Source of the DNA: a virus
Taxonomy: Duplodnaviria; Heunggongvirae; Uroviricota; Caudoviricetes
DNA: 28,490 bases
Strand: one strand, 5' to 3'
IMG/VR virus record: IMGVR_UViG_2585427739_000003
The translations under genes were made by a program, and so were the position numbers. The notes beneath the pieces are model-generated. The model searched no databases. It saw only the letters and a program-made list of their open reading frames with translations, and was not told the DNA's origin. Below, piece by piece: positions 1 to 9,656 of the stretch (position 1 is its first letter; each line of letters begins with the position of its first letter).

Positions 1-219
1 TGCGAAGCAGCGCCCATACCCGACGATAACCATACGTGGGCAGCTCTCCGATAACATGGTGTATACGGAGAAGCACATCCGTATCATCAGTGTGACGACC
101 GCGGCGGCCATCCATCCAGTCATCGGTTCGTCTGAGAATGACGTGCAACTGCGCACGCGACACCCGGAGACAACGGCTGACTAAGCTTACTCCCCATCCC
201 CGGGCAATAAGGGCGCGTG
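1..219 (-). CDS. insD: IS2 transposase OrfB (InsD), N-terminal part only, cut by the window edge
   Basis: Minus-strand translation gives [38 protein letters not shown]..., matching InsD from memory. An A-AAA-AAG slippery heptamer sits at the InsC/InsD overlap as expected for IS3-family frameshifting. Confidence 0.8.
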
Positions 220-552
220 CGCTATCCACTTTTTTGCCCGTCCATATTCAACGGCTTCTTTGAGGAGTTCATTTTCCATCGTTTTCTTGCCGAGCAGGCG
301 CTGGAGTTCTTTAATCTGCTTCATGGCGGCAGCAAGTTCAGAGGCAGGAACAACCTGTTCTCCGGCGGCGACAGCAGTAAGACTTCCTTCCTGGTATTGC
401 TTACGCCAGAGAAATAACTGGCTGGCTGCTACACCATGTTGCCGGGCAACGAGGGAGACCGTCATCCCCGGTTCAAAGCTCTGCTGAACAATTGCGATCT
501 TTTCCTGTGTGGTACGCCGTCTGCGTTTCTCCGGCCCTAAGACATCAATCAT
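187..552 (-). CDS. insC: IS2 transposase OrfA (InsC), 121 aa
   Basis: ORF track 187..597 contains [41 protein letters not shown]...; start set at the internal Met to give the 121-aa InsC. Confidence 0.9.
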
Positions 553-640
553 CTGTTCTCCAATGACTAGTCTAAAAACTAGTATTAAGACTATCACTTA
601 TTTAAGTGATATTGGTTGTCTGGAGATTCAGGGGGCCAGT

Positions 641-1141
641 CTAATACAGCCCTGTGGCCTCCAGATTATCCAGATAGAGATTCTGACCGTGACGCCACCA
701 GTCATCCCCGCGATGAAAATCCGGCATCTCAATCCCCGCCAGATGATAAGCATCCCGGAACAGCGTGTAACAGTCCGTCACCCCGTGCTCAAAGCGCCGC
801 CCGGTGAGATGCGGCACACAGCGGAACTTATGAATCGCCCCCCGGCAGACCAGCCACCACGGCAAATCACTCTGCACCTGCAGCCGCCGGTCAGCCTCAC
901 TCAGCCAGGGCAGACCACCGGGGTGGCTGTGGACCAGCGCCACAATCTCACCCTGCATTTCTGCCTGCAGCCAGTCCTCCGGCGACATCCGGAAATACGC
1001 CTCCGGCTCACCGGAGATATTCACGCAGGGAAAATATCTTTCCCCCTCCGGTGTTCTCACCACGAAGCCGCACGACTCTGCTGGCGCACATCGCCGGGCG
1101 TGCGCCAGAATCGCTGATTCTGTCTCTGTCATGGGATTCAC
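641..1141 (-). pseudogene. K: Lambda-like tail assembly protein K, C-terminally truncated by the IS2 insertion
   Basis: 166-aa ORF MNPMTETESAILAHARRCAPAESCGFVV...HSHPGG resembles lambda K (JAB/MPN-type). The reading frame ends exactly at the IS2 terminus, whose terminal bases supply the stop codon. Confidence 0.75.
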
Positions 1142-1836
1142 TGCGAAAGTTTGTTAATGGAAAGGAAGCCGCCAAAGTTGCCGACGTTATTGCGAAACTT
1201 ACAGCCGCTCAGGCACTTGCTGCATTTATCCTTCGTGATATCGGACGTCGGCTGATCATATTCATCCGCTACCGCCGGACCGTGATAACCGCACTCATCA
1301 CCGCGATAGGTCCAGGTGCAGGTGTTGGCCAGCATGATACGTCCCGGAAAAACGGCACCGTCCGTTTCCGTCGGCGTGGACAGTACAAAAGAGGCACTCA
1401 CCGCGCTCAGTTCGCTGCACTGCTCGATGCGCCAGCGGCTGATCACCTCCTGCTCCGGATCGGCGTCACTGTTTCCGTTGACGAAGTTCACCGCATCCAG
1501 AAAACGGGCGTAAACCTTACGCCGGACCACCGTTCCGCCGACCAGACTCTGCAAGTCTTCCGCCATCCCGGTGACCATGCCGTACAGATTAGAGACTTTA
1601 AGCGTTGGCCTTGCACTGGCTCCTTTGCCGTTCATCTCAAATCCGCTTCCCTGAATGGGATAAGCCTGATACTGCCGCCCCTGCCAGGTGACTGGTTCAC
1701 CTTTTTCGTTCTGCTCATTACAGAAGAAATAACGTTCTCCGCCGACCTCTGTCAGATCAATTTCCCAGAGCACGACCAGCGCGGATTGCTCCGTTTTAGT
1801 GCACTCATTGAGTGTTTCCTGCTGTATATCCTGCAT
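1138..1836 (-). CDS. L: Minor tail protein L
   Basis: 232-aa ORF resembling lambda L, with start/stop overlaps to K and M in lambda gene order. Confidence 0.85.
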   Translation of the reverse strand: MQDIQQETLNECTKTEQSALVVLWEIDLTEVGGERYFFCNEQNEKGEPVTWQGRQYQAYPIQGSGFEMNGKGASARPTLKVSNLYGMVTGMAEDLQSLVGGTVVRRKVYARFLDAVNFVNGNSDADPEQEVISRWRIEQCSELSAVSASFVLSTPTETDGAVFPGRIMLANTCTWTYRGDECGYHGPAVADEYDQPTSDITKDKCSKCLSGCKFRNNVGNFGGFLSINKLSQ

Positions 1837-2192
1837 CAGTGAGTGACCTCTTCAAAGGTACAGTTAAAATCGGTATACATGGCATTATCCGAAATGCTCC
1901 ACTCCCTGCAGACAACCCGGACAGTCCTGTTGTGTTTTGGCGGACGCCACAAAAAAGCACGAATCCCGGCATGACGGGATAAAAAACTGTCCAGCGCGGC
2001 ACGGGAATATTCATCTGTGACACGAAATACCGGTTTAAACGTTTTCAGATCCGCATTCAGGCCACCAGCCCGTCGCTGTTCATATCCGTCACCAAACTTT
2101 ACCGTAATAACTGATGGCTTTCGTGTCGTCTCCATCCCCTCACGGGGGATCCAGTTAAAAACTTCAGGCTCAGGCACTGTACAATCCTCCAT
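1836..2192 (-). CDS. M: Minor tail protein M
   Basis: ORF 1836..2222 aligns to lambda M (F-W...GM...PSV...FGDGY...LWRPP motifs). Start placed at the internal Met MEDC..., but it is uncertain. Confidence 0.7.
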   Translation of the reverse strand: MEDCTVPEPEVFNWIPREGMETTRKPSVITVKFGDGYEQRRAGGLNADLKTFKPVFRVTDEYSRAALDSFLSRHAGIRAFLWRPPKHNRTVRVVCREWSISDNAMYTDFNCTFEEVTH

Positions 2193-5100
2193 CCCGACGC
2201 GATGACTGCATAATTGACACAACCCTGCTGTCGATCAGATCCACCAGTCCCCTGGCTGAGCGCGCATCTATCTCGCCATTGCTCCCTTGATTCTGAATGC
2301 TGATGTGATACACGGGAGAATAAACAAATCCACCGCCACCATTCACATTTCCAATGGCCCTGACCCCAAGAGAGCCGTCCGCTGCCCGTGTCAGTGGCAT
2401 GATTGCTTCAGGCCCGGCCTCGCCCATCAACCCGGCACCTTTCGCAAAAGCAAAATACGTCGGTGTATCTACAATAGTGTTACTGTAAGCACTCAGATTT
2501 GCCGATGTGTAAACACCACCTTTTGCGTTTGCCACCGCCCCCGAAATCCATCCGCCGACCGTACCAAGCCACCCTCCGGCACCGGAGAGTGACTTCAGTC
2601 CGTTAACAATGGCCGCATTCATCAGAATTTTTGAAACTTCCTGGAGAATTGAACTCCCCCAGTTTCTCCAGTCCACAACATTTCCGGCCAGTGCATCGGA
2701 AATATTTGATACCAGCCCGTCCATAGTGGAAACGACAGCATCTGCCGCCTGCGAAGCATAATCGGTGGCACTGTCTGCCCAGTTGGTCAGCCCCTCCTGG
2801 AGTCCTGCATTCCAGTTATTACGTAAAGCATCGGCCTTTGCATAATAATCCTGCTGATCGCTGAGACGCTCTTCCAGATATTTTTTATTCAGTTCTTTCT
2901 CCTGTTTCCACAGGGCTTCTTCAATTTCTCCGGCCTGATACTGTCTCAGCAGCTCGTTATTTTTCTGCTCAAACTCATGCCGGATACTCCACATTTCCTG
3001 GAGTCGTTCACGCATCCGTGAGCCTTCACCATATCCCAGTAACTGCGCGTCGTTAGACGCCCGGGTACTGGCATTACTGTCCGCCAGGCTGCTTTCATAC
3101 GCAGCAAGCTGCTCACGAATCTTTTTCTGGTCGATGAGTGCTGCATTCTGCAAAAGCGTTTTTTTCTGCGCTTCTGACAGGGTTGATAATTCGCCCTGAC
3201 TGACCTGATATTTCATCTTAGCCAGTTCAGTATTCTGCCCTGCCAGTGCTATCTGTTCTTTTTGCTGTTTAATCAGCCGTTTATAAATATCTTCTGTTTT
3301 TTCCGCTTCGGTCTTTTTATGCGCTTTGGGTTTATTTGCCTGGTTATTTCGCCAGGCATCCAGTGAGTTATTGATATAATTCTGTCTGGCTGTCTGATAC
3401 GCCTCTCCCACAAAGCCAAGATCATCCGCAGCATAGCCCAGTCGAGCACGCTCACGCGCTTCCCCCTTAAGGCGGGACAGAGCCAGTTCGCGCTTGCTGT
3501 TATTCAGTGCGGTCTGCTGTTTATCATCCAGGGTTGCCTGTGGTAGCCGTAACGGTACATTCACCAGCCCCTGTCGCTGCTGAAGTAATTCATTACCAAG
3601 CCCAAGAAGGCGATTAAACTCGGTATGCTGCCCATTCATGATCAACAGGGACTGATACGCTTTGTTTTGTTCCGCCGCCTGTTGACGGATCAACGCAACC
3701 CGCCGCTCCTCCAGCCCGGCAAGCACATCCTGAATGGATTGCGCTTTGCCCTGCATTTGTGTGAGACGGGACTGTTCAACTGCCAGTTGATTTGTTGCTT
3801 CTGCAAGCCCTTCTGTGACTGTTTTTACCGACGTCATGTGGTTAATCATAAAACCGTTATCGGTTGTCCAGCCCGGGTTTGCCAGCACATACTGATAGCC
3901 AGCAATTTTTTCCTGTAAGGATTTAATCTTACTTTTCTGCTCGTCAATTAACCTGTTTTGCTCATCAAGTGCCTGCCGCGTCTTTTCCTCATTATCTGAC
4001 GCTTCAGGAAGCGACATTGCCGACGTTTTCTGGCGAATTTCGTCGATTGTTGCGGCATACTGGCGTGCAGATTCTCTGGCCTGCTCCTGATTCTGATACA
4101 TCGTGTACCAGGCCGTCGCCCCCAGCATGACGAGTCCCGGCACACCACCAACCAGCCCCAGCGCGCCACTTAATAAACGACTCCCCACTGACGTGACAGT
4201 ATTCAGCGTTGTCTGCGCCGCTGTTCTGGCCGCAATATTACGGGTAAGTGACGCCTGAGCAGCTGTCAGCTTCGCTTCTGCTGCGGCCTGCCTTTCGGTA
4301 CCGCGAGCAGCAACAACCGCCTGTTGCGCACGATAAACCGCCGCACGCGCCCTGGCGGTTGCTATCTGTGTCCCCCGAAGTTGCGCTTCAGCAAGAGCCA
4401 CTTCGTTTCTGGCTGCAGTAATTAATCCGGCAGTTGCAGATCCAGCAGACGACGCCATATTGCCAAAATATCGGGCTACCCCGACGGCAACCAGTGCGCC
4501 AGCTGCAGCAGCCACGGTATCAATATTGTCTGCAACACCATTCAGCACACCGGAGAGTGTCTTTGTCACTCCGCTTGCCTCGTTCGCACCACCAACCCAG
4601 GCCATAAAGGCGTTTTCAACTTTGGTTGCAGAGGATGAAACAGTATCAGGCATTGCTGCATATTCATCACGCAACGCCCCAAGCTGACTAATCAGTGCAG
4701 GAACAACCTTATCGGCGGTCAGTTTTCCGTTATCCGCCATGGCCTTCAGATCCTTACGGGCAACCCCCATTCCCGCAGCCAGCGCACGAATAACACGATC
4801 GCCGTTCTCATTCACCGAGTTAAACTCTTCACCGCGCAGCACTCCCTGCGCCAGTGCCTGACTGAACTGCATGATCACCGAACTGGCTTCTGCTGTACTG
4901 GCACCGGATAATTTCAGGCCCGTGGAGATCGCCTCGGTGACTTTCAGTACCTCCTCAGAACTGTAACCATACTCCCGCATGGAAGATGCAGAACGGGCAA
5001 AAAGGCTGGCGTTATCAGAAAACGCCGTCCCCGTTCTCTGGCTGATCGCCATTAATTCACGCTGTGATGCCTGAAAATCATCACTGGACTGTGAGGCCTG

Positions 5101-5403
5101 CTTCAGACGGGCATTTACTGAATTCCACTCATCGGCGAGAGAAATAAGATGACCGGTAGCAAAAGCCCCGGCAAATGCCCCCGCCATATTCAGTGCCGAA
5201 GATTTAGCTGTATTTATCTGATCCGTCACTTCTGCCAGTGCACGCCGCATTTCACGGGAGGCAGCAGCAGACTGTTGGCCTCCGTTCTGCATGGTGCGGT
5301 AGTAATCCTGCCCCATACGCGAAGCCCGGGAGATCTCTGACTGGAATGACCGGGAGTTTGCCGAGATTTTAATAATCAGTTCACGTAATGTCGCCACACT
5401 CAT
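2170..5403 (-). CDS. Tail tape measure protein (lambda H-like), 1077 aa
   Basis: Long Ala/Gln-rich coiled-coil protein located between the G/GT chaperone and M; GGAG ribosome-binding site upstream of the ATG at 5401-5403. Confidence 0.85.
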   Translation of the reverse strand: MSVATLRELIIKISANSRSFQSEISRASRMGQDYYRTMQNGGQQSAAASREMRRALAEVTDQINTAKSSALNMAGAFAGAFATGHLISLADEWNSVNARLKQASQSSDDFQASQRELMAISQRTGTAFSDNASLFARSASSMREYGYSSEEVLKVTEAISTGLKLSGASTAEASSVIMQFSQALAQGVLRGEEFNSVNENGDRVIRALAAGMGVARKDLKAMADNGKLTADKVVPALISQLGALRDEYAAMPDTVSSSATKVENAFMAWVGGANEASGVTKTLSGVLNGVADNIDTVAAAAGALVAVGVARYFGNMASSAGSATAGLITAARNEVALAEAQLRGTQIATARARAAVYRAQQAVVAARGTERQAAAEAKLTAAQASLTRNIAARTAAQTTLNTVTSVGSRLLSGALGLVGGVPGLVMLGATAWYTMYQNQEQARESARQYAATIDEIRQKTSAMSLPEASDNEEKTRQALDEQNRLIDEQKSKIKSLQEKIAGYQYVLANPGWTTDNGFMINHMTSVKTVTEGLAEATNQLAVEQSRLTQMQGKAQSIQDVLAGLEERRVALIRQQAAEQNKAYQSLLIMNGQHTEFNRLLGLGNELLQQRQGLVNVPLRLPQATLDDKQQTALNNSKRELALSRLKGEARERARLGYAADDLGFVGEAYQTARQNYINNSLDAWRNNQANKPKAHKKTEAEKTEDIYKRLIKQQKEQIALAGQNTELAKMKYQVSQGELSTLSEAQKKTLLQNAALIDQKKIREQLAAYESSLADSNASTRASNDAQLLGYGEGSRMRERLQEMWSIRHEFEQKNNELLRQYQAGEIEEALWKQEKELNKKYLEERLSDQQDYYAKADALRNNWNAGLQEGLTNWADSATDYASQAADAVVSTMDGLVSNISDALAGNVVDWRNWGSSILQEVSKILMNAAIVNGLKSLSGAGGWLGTVGGWISGAVANAKGGVYTSANLSAYSNTIVDTPTYFAFAKGAGLMGEAGPEAIMPLTRAADGSLGVRAIGNVNGGGGFVYSPVYHISIQNQGSNGEIDARSARGLVDLIDSRVVSIMQSSRRDGGLYSA

Positions 5404-5411
5404 TCTCCGGA

Positions 5412-5435
5412 CGAAAAAAAACCGCCGAAGCGGTT
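5412..5435 (-). terminator. Terminator-like hairpin plus T-tract between the GT chaperone stop and the tape measure start
   Basis: Minus strand reads ACCGCTTCGGCGGT followed by a run of 7-8 T. It sits just upstream of the tape measure ribosome-binding site. Confidence 0.4.
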
Positions 5436-5443
5436 ATGTTGAC

Positions 5444-5757
5444 TCACTGAGACACTATTAAAAGCGCATTTTCCAGTCCGGCAAATGGATCTGAAGCGCC
5501 TTCTGTCTGCTCCTTCTCCCACTGAAGAAGCGCATCATTCAGTGACACTTTGACCCCCTGCGCACCGTAAACAGCTGAAACAATCTGGGCAGCCCGGAAA
5601 TCAGCCCGTTCGTCCCCCAGCGGGCTGAACCTGTCAAATTCTGCCCACATCATGATTTCTGATGCGGACATTTCCCGGCGTAACTCTGACAATGTGCGCC
5701 CCATCCTGAGCGCCAGCATCATCAGAAAACGCATCCCCGGAAGCGCTACTTTTTTTT
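5444..5757 (-). CDS. T-like extension of the tail assembly chaperone, reached by -1 frameshift from the G-like ORF (G-T fusion)
   Basis: ORF 5444..5734 lies in the -1 frame relative to the upstream G-like ORF. The slippery heptamer A-AAA-AAG lies at the last codons of G (minus strand GAG GTT AAA AAA AAG TAG). Confidence 0.6.
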
Positions 5758-6132
5758 AACCTCGCCGGCATCACTGATCAATTCCAGAGACTGCCGAAGA
5801 AGCCGCGCATGCACCGGGCCATACACGGCAATCACCTGTTCACGATCATCCTCTGAAAATACGGGTTGCAGTCCGGTATCACACAGAACATCAATGAACA
5901 GTTCAACATCTGCCTCCAGATTTCGGCGGGCGCGCTCCGCAACGGATAACGGTGTCTCATCATCTTTTGCTTTAACGATCTCCTGCCAGCGCAACCAGGC
6001 TTCTGCAGAAGGTTCCCGTAACACAACCGTTGCTCCCTCCCATTCAGGCACATCAACGGTTTTATGGCGAAACCCCGACATCGTTGCCAGTGCCAGATTA
6101 CGGATATTTTTAGTCATCACATCCATCCTCAT
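5746..6132 (-). CDS. Tail assembly chaperone (lambda G-like)
   Basis: 128-aa ORF directly upstream of the tape measure, ending EVKKK* over the slippery site. Confidence 0.7.
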   Translation of the reverse strand: MRMDVMTKNIRNLALATMSGFRHKTVDVPEWEGATVVLREPSAEAWLRWQEIVKAKDDETPLSVAERARRNLEADVELFIDVLCDTGLQPVFSEDDREQVIAVYGPVHARLLRQSLELISDAGEVKKK

Positions 6133-6836
6133 TAACTGACGGTTACAGTGCAGGAAGTGGAGGTCACTTTGTTAACCGGGCTCGCTGAATCAGAAATCTC
6201 GCAGGTATACGCACCGGCATCACCGGATGCTGCTGATGCCTTACTGAACGTTGCCGCCGTCTGTCCGGAAACAGGAGAACCACCTTTTTTCCAGGCATAA
6301 GAATAAGGCGGCACACCACCCACAGCCTCAACCGCCATTTCAAGTTTCGCTCCGGAAGCAACCCGCAGCGTGCTTTTTAAATCGACCCTCACTTTCAGCG
6401 GCTCTGTCGTCAGCACAGGCTTACCTTTCAGGCGCAGAGAAAACGTTGCAGCCACAACACCATTGGTTCCTGCAGACCAGGTATGCTGACGCACCTCTGC
6501 CATAAAGGTAAATCCGTTGCCTGACGGAAAAATAACTTTAAAGCCATACGTGGTGTCATTGTCATAGGCACTGCGCAACGCGTTCTGGGCAGCATTCAGA
6601 TAAAAGTTGCCTGACATGGAAATCTCTGAAGCAGCCCCAAGACCGTTAATATTTTCCTGCTCAACAGAACACAGCGTGGTGACATCAATATCCTGCTTTT
6701 GTCCTGCGGTAAACTGCACCTCTTTGATTGTACAGCTCAGGCCAAGATAGCTGGCAGAATCCAGGGTTTCTGCTGTTACCGGTGCAGACGAAATCATAAT
6801 TTTCGTCAGTTGCGAACGCTCAAAATTAGAGGACAT
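6132..6836 (-). CDS. Major tail tube protein (lambda V-like) with a C-terminal Ig-like domain
   Basis: 234-aa ORF with AGGAGA ribosome-binding site; the C-terminus (LKVRVDLKSTLRV...GGVPPYSYAWKKGG...YTCEISD) looks like a bacterial Ig-like fold, as in lambda V. Confidence 0.8.
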   Translation of the reverse strand: MSSNFERSQLTKIMISSAPVTAETLDSASYLGLSCTIKEVQFTAGQKQDIDVTTLCSVEQENINGLGAASEISMSGNFYLNAAQNALRSAYDNDTTYGFKVIFPSGNGFTFMAEVRQHTWSAGTNGVVAATFSLRLKGKPVLTTEPLKVRVDLKSTLRVASGAKLEMAVEAVGGVPPYSYAWKKGGSPVSGQTAATFSKASAASGDAGAYTCEISDSASPVNKVTSTSCTVTVS

Positions 6837-6852
6837 ACTCGTCTCCTGAAAA

Positions 6853-6876
6853 TAAAAAAACCCGCCAGCGGCGGGG
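6853..6876 (-). terminator. Terminator-like hairpin plus T-tract between the tail completion gene and the major tail gene
   Basis: Minus strand reads CCCGCCGCTGGCGGG followed by TTTTTTT; plus strand AAAAAAACCCGCCAGCGGCGGG. Confidence 0.45.
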
Positions 6877-6896
6877 GGGTAAAATCATTAATGACC

Positions 6897-7241
6897 TCAG
6901 GCTATTACCTGGAATTCAAGCGTGGCTCTGCTCAGACGGGAGTCAGGATCATAACCCTGCGTTTTAGAAATAACGGAGGGTGCCAGTTTTCTTACCGCAT
7001 CAAGCGCCTGCTCACGAATATTATCTGCGTCATCAGGTACTGTCGCCCAGACATCGATCTGCACGGTAATTCTGGATTCAGCCTGCCCATCAAGCACATC
7101 AGATACCGTGTCAGACACCACAGAAAACACCAGCCACGGCGGAGATACCGCAGGCTTTCCCTCCGTCAGCGGGACCACATAAGGATAAACCTGTCCTCCG
7201 GCCAGCTGAGACAACAGGGAATACAGTGTGTCCTCCCTCAT
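6897..7241 (-). CDS. Tail completion/terminator-like protein
   Basis: 114-aa ORF positioned immediately before the major tail gene; assignment is by position and size only. Confidence 0.5.
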   Translation of the reverse strand: MREDTLYSLLSQLAGGQVYPYVVPLTEGKPAVSPPWLVFSVVSDTVSDVLDGQAESRITVQIDVWATVPDDADNIREQALDAVRKLAPSVISKTQGYDPDSRLSRATLEFQVIA

Positions 7242-7687
7242 TTACTTAAGACCTCATCAATAGCCTGATTCATTCGCTGTATGGCAACCTGCGCCGCCAG
7301 CTCCTCTGTCGTATCGAAAGCCTGGCGAATGAATGGATGCGCGGGCATGTTTATCGTTCCCAGCTCCACAAAGCGCCAGTAAAATGCATTTCGGGGATCG
7401 CTGGCTTTCATGCTGTTATCACTGTTTCCGGTTCGCAGGTTCCGTCCGCGAATGTGGACACCCGAGATAATTTCCCCCCGACGCTTTGAACGCTGAGTGA
7501 GAACAACCACATTTTTCTTCAGTTTCCCGGTTCGCTCCGGCGCACGTTCAACAACTGCATCCCGCATAACTTCAGCACCGGCACGGGTGGCATCGCGCAG
7601 AACCTTATTGTTTTCTGCCCTGCTGAGCGTCTCCAAATCCCGTGCAATATCCGCCAGGCCGGAAAAATCAAGACTGAAATCCATCAC
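7238..7687 (-). CDS. HK97 gp10-family tail component
   Basis: 149-aa ORF in the head-tail joining block; family call is from memory of the sequence type. Confidence 0.55.
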   Translation of the reverse strand: MMDFSLDFSGLADIARDLETLSRAENNKVLRDATRAGAEVMRDAVVERAPERTGKLKKNVVVLTQRSKRRGEIISGVHIRGRNLRTGNSDNSMKASDPRNAFYWRFVELGTINMPAHPFIRQAFDTTEELAAQVAIQRMNQAIDEVLSK

Positions 7688-8022
7688 ACATTCCCCTTCA
7701 GACTGCAGAGTATTTCAAGCCGGGTAGCGCGTGCATCCGGTATTGGTGGACCTTCTATACCCAGAATGGCCCCTTTAAATGCACCGGTCAGCACTTTCAG
7801 ACGTGAAGTCGCTGTCACATCGCGCCGGAATCTCATCCAGACTCTGACCGTAGCCTGAGCGGTTTCTGCTCCGTCTGAGATTATCTCCCTCCCGCTGATA
7901 CCCTTAACTTCTGCCCATACGGTAGCTCCCTCCGTCACCGTCTCCACCGGATGCCCTGACGGAGAGCGGGCGGTGGTGACATTCAGAATAATTACGCGAT
8001 CACGTAATCTGCCCGCCTGCAT
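7684..8022 (-). CDS. Head-tail adaptor / head closure protein
   Basis: 112-aa ORF between the gp6-like and gp10-like genes, overlapping both neighbours. Confidence 0.55.
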   Translation of the reverse strand: MQAGRLRDRVIILNVTTARSPSGHPVETVTEGATVWAEVKGISGREIISDGAETAQATVRVWMRFRRDVTATSRLKVLTGAFKGAILGIEGPPIPDARATRLEILCSLKGNV

Positions 8023-8030
8023 GTCTCCTC

Positions 8031-8348
8031 CTACAAAGGAATAAAACGATAAGGCTCCAGCAGAGAAGAAAAACCAAACGGGACTGGTGCCTTGCTGACA
8101 TCTGAGGAATTTTCCCGGTTTTCGTACCAGTGCCCGACCAGCAACATGAGCGCCAGCAAAACATCATCAGCTATAAGCACCCCTTCAGGATCACCTTCCG
8201 GCACCGTCTCCTCATAAAGCTTACGGTTGATAAAATTTTCTGCCTTGCGGCAGGCAGCCCGGAAATACAGCATCAGTAACTCATCATCAGTTGCATCATC
8301 TGTATCAATACGGCACTGCGCCCTGAGTTTTTCCACTATTGCTGCCAT
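8031..8348 (-). CDS. gp6-like head-tail connector protein
   Basis: Start moved to the internal Met (MAAIVEKLRAQ...) because it is preceded by an AGGAG ribosome-binding site and lies downstream of the post-capsid terminator. Confidence 0.6.
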   Translation of the reverse strand: MAAIVEKLRAQCRIDTDDATDDELLMLYFRAACRKAENFINRKLYEETVPEGDPEGVLIADDVLLALMLLVGHWYENRENSSDVSKAPVPFGFSSLLEPYRFIPL

Positions 8349-8381
8349 CAGAAACTCCTGCCCGCAACACTGTGCGGGCAT

Positions 8382-8404
8382 AAAAAAACCGCGTCGGCGC
8401 GGTC
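8382..8404 (-). terminator. Rho-independent terminator after the major capsid gene
   Basis: Minus strand reads ACCGCGCCGACGCGGT followed by TTTTTTT. A second hairpin (CCCGCA...TGCGGG, about 8361-8378) follows it. Confidence 0.6.
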
Positions 8405-8424
8405 TGTAACTGAACAACGAGTGG

Positions 8425-9642
8425 TTATTTGCCAGTGAGCGCCTTGATGGCTGCCACATCTTCCAGCACACAGTCAAAACGATGGAAAGCCAGAAATGCC
8501 ACCTGATCAAACTCAGCATAACGCTCAACCAGACGTTTCAGTTCCATATAAGTAACGCGGCGAATGATAAAGCGGTTGAAATCCCCCAGGAAAATGAATT
8601 TTTTTCCAGTACCAATCCCGTCAATAGCCTGATCAATAACATAAGGGATCCCCAGCACAGTAGCCGGCGTACCGCCTGCAATATCCGGCAGCCATAACGG
8701 GCGTTTCTGTCCATCCTCCATCTCTTCAATAGTCTGCAATGTGGCATCATTGAATGCCCAGCGGTATTTCGGCCCACCACGATATGCCGGATCAATGGCA
8801 TGTTTCAGGGCATTCATTTCTTTCCAGGTGAAAGCGGCAGAGGCTGCAGTCTGGATGGTTCCCGTCACCGACGCTGCCAGCCCTTTTGGCTGTAACGGTG
8901 ATCCCGTTCCGATCCCCTGAACCAGATATTTTGCCTCTCCACGACCAATACGCTGGGCAATACGGTTTGCCAGATAAGATTCAATATCCACCCCACTGTC
9001 CTGGAGCAGCTCATTGGACACACGAATTATTTTTGATGACAGCTTTTTAGCCCCCAGAATAGCGGTCCCGAACGTCACATCCTGTTCCGTTGCGGCTGTA
9101 TTTTCCGCCAGCAGTTCGCCCTCTTCAGTCGTGCCATCAGACGTTGACCAGGTGATATCCTGCCCGGTTGATGTGGTCAGAAGTTGCGCCACACTGGCAA
9201 TCCCGCCATAAGCCTTCATGGTGTCAATGATTTTGTTACGCATCTGCGTGGGCACCGTATATCCGCCCTGAGAATCCGTTGTTACACTCTGAGCCCGCAG
9301 TTCACGCATCAGATTACGCTCTTCAGCATTCAGTTCTGCAAATCCGGCACGCAGAAAACGGTTAAATGCCGCAGCACGCTTCTCTTCCACCGCCTTTTTC
9401 CCGTTCTCCGCCTCATTATTCTGGCGCTCTTCCGGCCCGGACTCATCCACATATGCCTGATCCTGACGGCGCAACTCTTCTTCACGGGCGATTTGCTCAT
9501 CCAGCGCATCCAGCTCAGCTTTCGCCCTGTTCCACTCTGCCCGTTGCTCATCAGTCCATGCGTTATCACCAATTTTTTCATGCAGTGCACGCATATCCTT
9601 TGCAATGGTGTTTCGTTTTTGCTTCATCTCATGAAGTTTCAT
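8425..9642 (-). CDS. HK97-family major capsid protein
   Basis: 405-aa ORF with a coiled-coil N-terminal delta domain, located after the prohead protease. Confidence 0.85.
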   Translation of the reverse strand: MKLHEMKQKRNTIAKDMRALHEKIGDNAWTDEQRAEWNRAKAELDALDEQIAREEELRRQDQAYVDESGPEERQNNEAENGKKAVEEKRAAAFNRFLRAGFAELNAEERNLMRELRAQSVTTDSQGGYTVPTQMRNKIIDTMKAYGGIASVAQLLTTSTGQDITWSTSDGTTEEGELLAENTAATEQDVTFGTAILGAKKLSSKIIRVSNELLQDSGVDIESYLANRIAQRIGRGEAKYLVQGIGTGSPLQPKGLAASVTGTIQTAASAAFTWKEMNALKHAIDPAYRGGPKYRWAFNDATLQTIEEMEDGQKRPLWLPDIAGGTPATVLGIPYVIDQAIDGIGTGKKFIFLGDFNRFIIRRVTYMELKRLVERYAEFDQVAFLAFHRFDCVLEDVAAIKALTGK

Positions 9643-9656
9643 CGTCAGTAGTATCC

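Larger units (their letters stand above)
1..643 (-). mobile_element. IS2 insertion sequence, partial: left terminal inverted repeat ends at about 643, element continues past the window start
   Basis: Reverse complement of 560-643 reads TAGACTGGCCCCCTGAATCTCCAGACAACC..., which I recognise as the IS2 left end, followed by InsC and the start of InsD. Abuts the truncated tail gene K. Confidence 0.9.

Noticed and set aside
509-1842. Plus-strand ORFs of 202 and 263 aa (509..1117, 1051..1842) overlapping the IS2 end and tail genes K and L
   Set aside because: They run antisense to well-supported K and L coding sequence and have Pro/Arg-rich low-complexity translations typical of the reverse frame of GC-rich genes.
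2287-5340. Several 60-100-aa ORFs on either strand inside the tape measure gene
   Set aside because: All lie within or antisense to the 1077-aa tape measure frame; no start signals and no family resemblance.
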